A stretch of DNA of 64,000 nucleotides from Tubulanus polymorphus (lineage: Eukaryota; Animalia; Nemertea), in assembly GCF_964204645.1 (NCBI RefSeq), contig NC_134025.1:21618299-21682298 (forward strand), in the 5' to 3' direction. The first letter of the stretch is position 1. The number at the start of each line of letters is the position of its first letter. Positions 31,401 to 43,100 of the stretch are shown here, piece after piece. The notes under the pieces are model-generated. The model was not told the DNA's origin, did no database searches, and saw nothing but the letters and a program-made list of their open reading frames with translations. Made by a program: the position numbers and the translations under genes.

Positions 31401-32984
31401 AGAGGCTCGCGTACTGCTGCAGGATATCGATACACTTTTAAGCTATTTCTAACGACAACCTGAATGGGAAATGCACCGTAAACGAACGATTATAGGTGAA
31501 CCCTTGAAGTCGTATCACTCCAAGGTGAACCCTTCTTCTATCAAAGCTAATTTATAGTTATTATATTCATTCCATGGTGTTCAGATCGAATATGATTAGG
31601 TTCGCTGCTGCGGCTCAGTCAGTTGATGTGCACCACCGACCGGCGTCTGATGCTCATGAGGTCAATTCGTGTGGAGTACGTCATTTTCTGAGATACGAAT
31701 GACACTGCGTCTACTTGACGTATTCACTGAAGATAACGTGATTTCGCTTATACTCCAGCTCGCTTCCCTTCGCAGCGATTCGAATCCGAAGACCTCGCGA
31801 GGCGCAGCTACCGTATATAATACCGTAAAGGCTGGCTTATGTCGACAAGCGACTCTATGCCTACTGACTCCTACCCATGAGGGCGCAACCACGATCACAG
31901 CCCAGCTTATGTCGACTGCGCTCCGATTCCCAGCAACTGAGGCCGACTAGCGGGATACGAGATCCGCCCAGTTGCTTCCCTGCATATGTCGGTTACGATT
32001 ACTAGCAACTGCAACGGCACAGAAGGTCACGTAATAAGTATTTTGACAATAATTTAAATTATTTCGTATATTGGGAAATAAGGCAACCGTGACAGGGAAG
32101 ATCACGGTCGTTCAAGAGTAAGGGCGCCCCCACATTTCTGCCGTGGGATGATCGTCTTATATATTCACGTATTTTTATATGCGATCGTTCCAATGAGCAG
32201 GTGATTCCAACGAACATAAAGCCATTAATTCCATTAACACGCAGGCATTACTGGTGTCTGCCGACGTATTTACATCCCATCGACCGACCTCGCATTCGCC
32301 TTTGATATTCAGCCCGCGATGCGCGTATTTCTAGGGTTTTTCTTTAGATAGAACCGACGACAACCCACGCTCGATTTATAGATGAAATCTGAGAATTCAT
32401 TCTTTCCATTCACTCGTATTTTCAACATGCAAATGACTAGCGCATACGTCACGCAAAATATCGAGACGGATTTTTTTTCTGTTTATAAGTTTCGGCGTAT
32501 AGTCGATTATGTTTTCAAATGTAGATTCAAAACTTCATTGTTAAGTAACACGACGATTCATATTGTGATGCCGTATATATTTTCGGAAAAATCAATCCTC
32601 GATTGTAACGCCCACAAACAACAGCACGAACGAAACAAATACGATTTTTGCCTGGTTTGAGGGTGTCATTACATAACTACAATCGCGTAACGATATAATC
32701 TTTTTCAATCGTCTCAACTATTTGTCTCAATATTATTTTCGGCCTTAGGTCCTCGCCGTCTTTACCTGTGTAAGATGAACACGTGTAAATCACACACGTC
32801 ATGTAAAATAGTATCGAATATACAAAACGCATTGTCGTAATTTGTCTTCGAACAAAACAACGAATACACTTTTTGAGTATTGTTTTTAACTGTCAGTCAA
32901 AATATACACTCGGTTGTATGACTCGGAGCTATGATCTCGGCGGAGATAATTCGAATGAATATTTCTTGCGCGATGGCGCGGTGT

Positions 32985-33047
32985 AAAAAAAAACTACCCG
33001 CTCGTTTTTCAGGGCGTCACCTGTAAAACGAGCGGGTAGTTTTTTTT
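32985..33047. repeat. Short inverted repeat/hairpin
   Basis: A(n)CTACCCGCTCGTTTT..CAGG-loop-CCTG.AAAACGAGCGGGTAGT(n). Confidence 0.85.
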
Positions 33048-33841
33048 GGTGCGCGCTCGAGTCCCCGCTGGAAAACGTCATGCTATGTTATATTACGCTG
33101 AAGTTCACGCTGATTTTCAATTAATATACACATCTATTCATATTCTACGAGCTCGTCGCTCGTCGTCAAATATATGCACCCCACCGAGCAGAGCGAACAG
33201 TTTTTTACTCACTCTCCGTGACCGGACGTTTTTATGGAATGCCTCCGGAACGGAGACTCTGCAGACAATGCGATGCAAATGTTGTCGAAGACGATCGTCA
33301 TTTTTTTTACGTCTAGTGACAGATGCTCTGAACTCGGAATACGCTCCTATATCTACCATCGGACTAAATGTGAACAACTTCACTTGATATGATATGATAT
33401 GATTTTATTTTCATGTAAAATTTTTACAGAATTAATGGATAAACAAATTTAAAATTGTAATAATATTAGATGAGGGACTGCTTTGAAGCAACAGTTAGCT
33501 TATACAAGAAAGCAGCCCTAGAAAAGAAAATATATAAAATGAAATGAAATTACTTATTACTGTTCATCCAAAAATTAAGCAAGCGATCAATTAAGCAATT
33601 AATCAAGCAAGCGCAATGCGCCATACATGGCTTTAACGGAAGTTATGAATATACAATGTATATGGTGCTCTGAAAGACCAAAAATTGACCGGTTGGATCA
33701 GCGACGCATGATCATCAAATTCCTTAATGAAAATCAATTGTACATCCAAACTGCACAAATGAAAAAATATATATGAATATATGTCTATCTTTTCAGCCTC
33801 GGATCAATGATCAACTCCAGTGTCACAGTAAGTCGTGACCC

Positions 33842-34198
33842 ATGGATAATACAGGTGGTGGCCGTTTCCGTTTATTTACTAAAGAATCACTGGCCAGAAT
33901 TGAACAACGCATAGCGGAGCTCAAAGAGAAACAGATAGAAAAAGAACTCAGAGAAAAGGAATTAAAAGAGCAAAAAGAGCATGGCGCGCAAAAATCTCCG
34001 TCGGACGTACCAACGGAGGCGTTATCCGGATTCGAACATGATCATATTCACGATGAACATGAACACGAACATGCCCCGAAAGAGAACCCAAGTATGGAAG
34101 CGGGTAAAAAGTTGCCGCCATCGTTATCGGACTATTTTCCGCCTGAACTGGCGGGAAAACCCCTCGAAGACTTCGATGAATATTACGACGATAAGAGG
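33842..34198 (+). CDS. para: Nav1 coding exon 1 (N-terminus, [21 protein letters not shown]...[11 protein letters not shown])
   Basis: ATG in cccATGG context. Conserved FRxFTxESL and PLEDxDxYY motifs. Phase-0 GTAAGT donor at 34199. Confidence 0.93.
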
Positions 34199-37100
34199 GT
34201 AAGTTTAAGTGAATCATACTACAGACAAAATCGGTACCGGCGGCCAGCAGATGGTGCGAATTACAGTCGGTTTCAGAAGTGGCCTCGGTAGCTCAGAGTA
34301 CTCTGAGCTACCGAGGCCAAAATAATTTGTTTTCTCGCCCGATATATTTGTTTTCTTGCGTTAATATTTGTTTTTTCGCTATAAAATTTGTTTTCAGATT
34401 TTTCAAGTTCGAATCTCGCCCAAAATATTTGTTTTTTCGCATCAATATTTGTTTGGCGGGACGAGAAAACGTAATGCCGTTGCTTTTCGCTTTCGGTACT
34501 CAGTGACAAGTGGGTTCGAGTCCTGCTAGCTGCGTACAGTGCGGACAACACTTCAAAGGCCGCCCCATCGTGAGGTTTTCAAAATAGAAATATTACCAGA
34601 AAATACGAGCTTCCAATTCAACATCTTTATATAGACTTTTCTTATTGTGTCTGGAATATATTTTCATTAGATTTGTTGCGTTGAATTCGCATACACTTCT
34701 ATGATTGTAGAAAGCCGATTAAATTGCTTGCAAACCCGTGGATCTTACTGGAATCCTCGATTGTGATGTGTAACATTGGTGATTGACGAACATACTTTTT
34801 AAACTATTGACCACTTTTAAAATGTGATGCGCGTGTCTTCTCTGTGGAATATAGTATTGGATTAATCGTATCATTCATCAATATAATAATTTTCCAATTT
34901 CCGGTAGACTTTAGGGTGCGATTGAAAGTGTTGTTTCCTTGAACACTAACATCCCTGGAGATATACGTTCATCATTCCATCGCTTAATGACATCTAAGAT
35001 AATAGATCTAATAATATATACGTATAATCGTATTGACTCAATCAAAATCCCATCTTATGAGATAACACGGTTAATGCCCACTTATGAATAACCTTAAACC
35101 TCATACCCGCACTTGTACTCGATACTTGTCTGGAAGTCATAATACGATGAACCTAGGGGTTCTTGGTGAGGCTTTAATGTTCTGCAGCAATATTGAATGC
35201 AGATTGGGGTTCTTCAAGACATTAAGGTTCTTGACAAGAACCTTAAACTGGTTAACATTGTCAATTAAGAATTTAGTAGACCTGCCTCAGGTAATATAGT
35301 ATAGCCGATGATTAAAGCCGATTTTCTATGTGGTGTAGGTCATAATGCAAAACACTAGCCACCGCGCAAAGGTTCGCATCCAGACTTATTACTCCGATGT
35401 CCGTATTGCTATGAGTCTCAAAATCCGACCATCTTTCTCTCGCCCCTTCAACCGACATAGTGAAATGTACAACCACGCTCGCCTCTCGGTCATAAATCGA
35501 CATGAATGCATTCATATAATTTTGGTTACGCGCGCACACCACCGATAGACACGCGATTCCAGATAACTTAAGTGTCATGTAATGACTGTATTGCCGCATA
35601 AAACTGTCTTCAACATGATAGGAAATTGTTTATTTCCCGTCAGTCAACTTGCAATACCCAGCCGACGACATTGGCATAAAAACCTGAAATGTCTTCATAA
35701 GCAAGCGCTACGTATACGGCAGCCTGACACTGTTTGCTAGACGCGCTTCGTTCGATAACACCAGTCATGTTCTGCTAAATTGCTATTTAAAGTAGCCAAG
35801 CCTTATTACAAGAACACATCGCATTCCGATAAGACAATGCAGGTCATCGACACGAGTCGGGCAAAAGCAATTTCAGGTAGGCTAATCATGCCGTCCTTGA
35901 CGGCAGTACGCGCTCACCACATCATCGAATGGCGAATGAATAAGCCAACTCAGCTGGAAAATGATGTCTGGCTTAGCGCGTAGATGCGCTGGCGGAAAAC
36001 CTACATTTAATACAAATGGTACGCGATTGATATTGAATAGAACTCGGGATAACTACGTGAATAATGCTTCATTCCTCATTTTAAGGCGACTTTCCTACGT
36101 CAAATCAAAAATAAGCCACGACTAAATACACAAAATGTCAGTTCGTTCGTCACGAATGGTAAATATCTGTCTGCAGTTTCAGTCTCTGCAATCGATGAAA
36201 CGAGATAATTTCTCGGCGGTATAGAGTGACGTCAAAAGTCGCGATTTTCGCTGTTTACTTATCGATAATAGCGAGGTTTAAACTCATATCTATTCACACT
36301 CGGGATCATTTGGAAGAAATATGTATCAAAAATCGCGGGTAAGACCAACTCGCCGGTATAAATCAAATGGCGAATCGTTTAGATCGTCTCATAGATAAAG
36401 CGTTGTTCGATAAGGTTTTCGTTCTGTAAGAATCCTCGCCGTAAATGAGGCATCGCGGTGGATCGCTTTCGTGAAGATGGCGGCGGGCGTCGTGTATGTA
36501 TACGTTCTTCTTGTGCAATCAAAGAGCGAATATCAAATTACCGCCTGCGTTTTTTTTTCCGCGCGTGTCGTACCTTATTTTCCCGGCGTAGTCGCTATAC
36601 GGCGTTCCGCGACTCGGGGCGTTCATTAGCAATTATTTCGCAATTGTTTTTTGCTCGTGTCAATAATAACGACGGCTCCTTAATGCCTAGAAGTGAGTCT
36701 GACGACACTGCATATAAACGACCGTGTAGGCAAACATTAAAAAACAATATTCCAACCGTTGTTATGTACGTTAATCAGTTCGAAATCTTAACAATATCGA
36801 CAATCATCCTTGTGAAAATGAAAAAGGATATATCGCTTATATGGCAGGACGGAAACGAACAAGAAAACTTACTTGAAAGTTTATTGACGCCTTGAAAAAG
36901 AATCAATGAAGTTTATCTGAATTTCCATATATCAACAAATGAATTGATTTGAATTGACCGGCAACCAGTCTAACCCGAATATTTGAGATGACGTGGTAGA
37001 CTGGTTGCTGGACTCTATTTCAATAGACTGGTTAGATGCCGAATTATGTGCCGAGTGAATTCGCAGTCAGAATTTTTCAATTGAAACTGGTAACCAGTCT

Positions 37101-40100
37101 ATTCATGTTTTTTTTATGCCATTTTGACTGCGAATATTTCAGGTGGTGCAGAATTCGCCAGGCAAACCATCTAACGACGTAGTCACTCACACAATATTCT
37201 AATTCATTATCAAAATTGCATGAACAATTATCCAATCGAAAATAAGGGTCATAAACTTGATCAATTACGAAATAAACGCCAATTTTCAGAATTGTAATTG
37301 TTATTTTGTAACGTCAATATTGACGTAGTGCACATTGACTCACACAATGCTTATTTAAAACACCAATATTGATGACGTAATGCACATCGTCTAACTCAGT
37401 ATCCCCCAAATAACGCATAGTAAATATCAATGTATGAAAATGTTATTGTAACGGTTTTTATGACGTCAAAAAAATTGTGTTGCGGTCTTTACGACAATAA
37501 GAACCTAGTGTATATATGCATAGAACTATAAGCGAAAGGGAAAGCCAACTCCGTGACGTCACTATACATTGTTTATTGCCACCGGTGAGGGCGCAGAACA
37601 AACCACAAGATTACTAGCGGTGCCTAGCGGATTTTTGAGGAGTCGGCCTTCCCTTTCGCTTATAGTTCTATGATATATGTAAGCTATACGTAGGCTGAAC
37701 AAAGAATGCCGCGTAGCAGCCGATTGGAAGTCATTACTGTAATATAGACGCTAGGCTAGTATTTGATTCAATCAAAAATGTGATCGGATTATCCTTTCAG
37801 TGAAAACTCGGCTAGATTATCGAAGCTATTTGATTTCGACGACTCTCGCCAATAAACGATCAAAATTAGAAAAAGAAACGCGATGTCCCCGGCGCGTTCG
37901 TTTGTGTGTTCGTCTGCGGGGGTCGAGTTCATTTTGCCTGATAAGATTACGGTTGGAAATCGTGTGCTGAACGTCAACACAAGCATATCCGCACGCTCGA
38001 TCTGTTATTACGTCTGAATCGATGATTCCAGAATTAGGCAGCGCTGCGCATTCGATATTCGCGACTGTATTAGCCAGTTCTGTAGATCGAAGCGTTTCCC
38101 ACGAAACCCTTTTAATACTAGTGACTGGCACGAACGGCCTACGGATATGCCTTCAGATACAGTACAAATTTTTCAAGATACTTATCAAACATTTTATATA
38201 ATAATCAAAGCGAATAGTAGATTTTTGCATTCCATTCGTCGATTTTGGTTTCAAATGTACTTGTCGTAGGCCGCTCGTAAACAGCCATTTATTACGGAGG
38301 GTAGCAGTAATCTATGGTGCCTCCGGGGTTAAAACTGCATCGTAAACTTGTTGTCGCTGGCTTGTAAGACCGACAGTCTGAGTCTTAATGGGGTTTTTCA
38401 TAGATGATATACATGTATGTCACCAGGTACAAAACAAGGCAATTATTACATGCTAATGTAACGATAAATCTCCCGACTATTCCCTTACTGTGTTATTAGC
38501 CTGCATCCAATCAGTCAGAAAGCGGTCTCCCCTGTAAAAGTAATGTTAAGATATTCATCACGTCGAACATATGCTATATATTGCAGCGAATGCTGAAGAT
38601 TTCGGGAGAGGTGCGTGCGTTATATTTGCCCCTTCTTTCTTTTTGCAGACATTCGTTGTTGTATCGAAGGACAAGACAATCTTCCGGTTTAGCGCCACAT
38701 CTGGAATGTTTTGCCTCACACCACAGAATATCATAAGACGGGCAGCGATATATGTTTTAGTCCATCCATATCCTTTTATTGAAAAACGAAATTCATCGTT
38801 TTTCCGGGTACATGTATTATGTTCTTTCTAAAGGCCGCAGTGCCCACACTACCGATTTCGTCAGTTCGCTTGGCCGAGTCATTAGGCTAAAAAATTGTAA
38901 ATACCTGGTTTCTCCTTTCTGCCGAGCCTAAAAGTTGATCCAATCGGCTGCCTATCTACCAAGTACAATACGCTTTTTTCTTTTAAATCATGATCAAGCT
39001 AACAATAACAGGCGACCCGGTAGTTATATTATAAACTGATTACAAATTTCATTGCAGTTTACAGAATGCTCCGGCCGATTATGCGAAACAAGGTATCATT
39101 TTTAGCTTCATGTAGCCGGTGATCCGAAAAAAATCGGGAAAGTGTGCGCCGTCGGATGCCTGGGTCGGATGATATGAAATATGACTACGACTACTGGTCG
39201 TAAAGGTGTGGCGGTGATCAGCCCGCAAAAAACGAACCGATAGATAGCGAATCAAACGTATTCCGGTTTAGGAATAGCAATTCCGGATTACAAATCTTCT
39301 ACCTGCCTTCCATCAGGTTTACAGATCGTGCTATTCTGGAAGTGGTACAGGATGAAATCTGGTCAAAAGGAAAGCGCTATTGAAAAGTATTCCCGAATCG
39401 AGAGACCACTCGAAACTTGCCTTATCTACAGAAGTCGCTTGATTGTACTTCATAGTGTGATCAGGCTTGGAGTAAATCAGTGCGTGATTTCTCCAAGGAT
39501 CATGCTACTAGATGATAGCGAAGGGGGTGTGTCGTATAGGTATGCACGGAACAAACCAACTCGGGCTCGCCGGCCATCGCCGGTGCACTGTCTATCAGAG
39601 TATATACCTTTCAACACGCCATTACGGATATTATCCATTTTCACTATTCCCAATACGTGCATCATTCTATATCAAATGTTCGATTTCATGGTGTCATTTC
39701 GAACGGCTAGGTGTTCTTCTTGCTTCCATGACAAAGTGATTTATTTTCTAGAATGTGATCAGAGAACGGTGTGATATATAGATGCGTGTTAGTGCATGCT
39801 GAGTGTCTGTGTTTTAAGAAGTCTTACACATTACGTATATATAAGTAGTTGGGGAGGGGGTGGTTCAAGACGGTACCATACCCGTTAAAACATATAGAAA
39901 TTAGCCAAAGCCTGACAAATGCACATACGAATTACTTTCAATTAAAGGAGATTATTATGACAGAGTTCGAGGGCGTCAATATGATTTCTCGTTCCTCAAC
40001 ATTACATGCGAGCTGTGGCATAGTACGTAACCAGCTTATTCCTCGTGACAGAGAAAATCAGTTATTTTAAGACGATTGCTCCATGGGACACAGGCGAACT

Positions 40101-43100
40101 ATTTTGTGACAAGAATTGCCTCCGTGAAATTACACAAAGCGGCTTATTCTTGATTTATAACGTTATATTCTAATGACGTTTTGATTCGTCAAATATTTCG
40201 TTTTTATATAAAAATTATGTTTTTTGTCTTATGTTATTCGCGCGTAGGCGGTTGCCGATAGAGTACCTCGAAGATATTAGTGCGTGTAGATTTCAGTCAC
40301 AACAAGGGTGGATCTAAATTTCTACTAGAATTTCCATGAAACCTGTCGCGACTGTTTTCGATCATTATACAGTAGACTTAGCTCAAGTCGGATCTTTTGG
40401 GACCGTAAAAATGTGTCCGACTTGAGGGATATCCCATCTTATTCATTCCATCCGATCTCATTCATTCTGTTGGATCTTATTCATTCCATTAAAAGTGTCC
40501 CAAAAATATTTTAAAAAGCGTCCGAGTTGAACGGTTATCGGGTTGATCAGATCCGACTTGGCCGATTACACGGGACAAAATTTTCGACAAGGTTGGCGCT
40601 ACTTAATCAGAAAACTAACTTGAAAGTTGATTGACGCCCTGAAAAATAGCACATTGCTTGATTATGTCGACAATATTCAATATGATATAATAGTAAGGAT
40701 TAGTAAAGTTATTTTGAATTTGAATATATCGAAAATTGAATTGAATTGACCGGCAACCAGTCTAGCCCCGATATATCGATGCATAGTGCACATACATCCT
40801 CTACAAATAATAATCATCAAATTTATCAGTAAATATGAGTTTTAAGATATGTTTAGTTACAAAATTCACAGTTGTAATTGTTCTTTCCAAACGCCAAGAT
40901 TGATGACGTAGTGCACATCGACTCACAGAGAATCCCTTAAATAACGCATACTAGGTATCAGTGAATATAAACATTATTGAAACGGTTTTTACGGCGTCAA
41001 AAATCATCGTAACTAAACATATAGCCACTAATCGGTTAGCTCTCGATTAAGACGTGATCTTTTCAGGGCGTCATAGCAAGACATGCGATGCATTTCGATA
41101 TAGTTTTCGTTCTAGATTTTTGTTTCACTGCATGGTGTGGTGTGTGTGTGTTTCAATGTCTGTTAGTTGATCAATGACGTCATGTGCACCGTGTATAATG
41201 AAACAAATATACGAAAAGAAAGAACCGTGCGTGCGTGCAACGTAATTCTTATCCGGACCTCATCGAGATCGAGGTGGACGGAGCAACCGTGTTGTGGTTT
41301 TTAGTCTTTAGTATCAGCTGTGCGTTCCTTAACCCCATGTTCACATTTTTTAGTTTATTTGTCATGCTGACTATTCTTGTCAACTGTGTGTTCATGGCAA
41401 TGCGGGAGAAATCCAATTCCATGACCAGTAAGATATCTGAGTAAGTAGGACCCCGAAACCTTTCATCAAAACGTCTTGGGTACTGGGAAATTGCGCACTT
41501 TCTGGATTTTGATCTTAATTCCTTTCGGGCTGATTATTCATGAGTTACAGATAAATCTCATTTCTGGAGATATTCCGTAACCAGCGAAGGGATTATCAAC
41601 ACCCGAGTCGAACATCAGAAAGTGCTATGTCCTACCCGGCTTTTTAGAATATTTCATCATTTTTGAAATTTTTTCATTCTTTTTGCACGATTTTGAGTGT
41701 CGCCTTATAAAGCAGTTTCGATTTTCAGGGTTCTTGCCTTGCTCATTTGTGAACACTGGCGAGGCCGCAATAGGAAAAAAATCAACAATCGAATCCCAGC
41801 CAATGGTCGATCCGATTGGATCCCGTTGCGGTTAGCCATCAACCACGGGCTTACAATCAACACAAATGAGCAATTTTTTTCAGATTTTTCATGCACAATT
41901 TCATATTTGCTTCGAATAGCGTCGTTTAACATTTTTTCTAGTTTTCATCTGATGTATTTTTCTGATCACACAAAGTATTCTCCGGTGAGAGTCTAGCATT
42001 TTGTGCCAGAGTTCAGTCGTTTAACCTTGGGATCGACGGCGATGGATTTAGCTTCTGAATCGTTCACCTTTTTTCTAAATCGTCTTGCCTTTTCTTCGCT
42101 TTCCTTAACTTTTTTACATTATTTAGTTTGTCTGTTATGGTGACTATTCTTGTGAACTGTGCTTTTATGGCCATGAGGGAATCCCCAAATGATAAAACTA
42201 GCAAGATAGCCGAGTAAGTAATCTATATTTAGCGGCATCGGGAAAACGTGGTTTATTTCCTATTCGTGCGTGTCGAAAATGATTGACATTTTTTTTCGAG
42301 ATCATATTCGAACTATCTTCGACCGTCATCGTGTAGATATAAGGTTTTATCGGTTCATCGCATCTATAGGAAAACCACGTTTAAAGATGCTGCGCGCGTA
42401 GTGATGAAGTAATTAAGTGACAGTTTCGCATTTACAAGTATTAGTGCATTAGTCTTTATTAAGCTGGGCGTAGGTCGTCCTTGCGACTGCCAGCTACGCG
42501 TTGCGACGCGGTGTTGCAAAGACCCGTCGCAAGTCGCAGCGAGTCGCACACGCGCTACTTTCTGTACCCACGCTTGCCAGGGTTTGATTGCCTCCCGCCG
42601 TAGCCCACGCCAACACTAACCCTGGCCGCAGACCCTTCATTGGTGTATTACACGGCCTAGTTTCGGGCGGACGGGTTGCCCATCAGCAGCCACCTATATA
42701 TCTAGACAATCATGCGTTGCATTGATAGTACGAATCTGTGAATAACAAGGCATCTGACTGAGACTGGTGGCCGTTATGGACGGCAGGCTGTCCGCCTAAG
42801 AAGTCTTGGGCGGTGTAATAGACCAATGAAGGGTCTGTGGCTCGGGTTTATGTGTGCTACGACGGGAGACAATCAAACCATGGCAAGCGAGGATGTACTT
42901 TCTGAAACGCGCCAGTTGTAACCGATCGCGTCGCGTCGCTGTCGACCTACACCTACCTCATTGCAATCCGTGTGCGTCAAAGCACCCAACTCTAAAACAC
43001 TATATAGTATACGTCCCTTTGGACTGCGCTGTCGTAGTAGTAGCCTATAGGCTAATATGATATGAAACTCGTCGTGTATACGTCCGATATGTATGTACAT

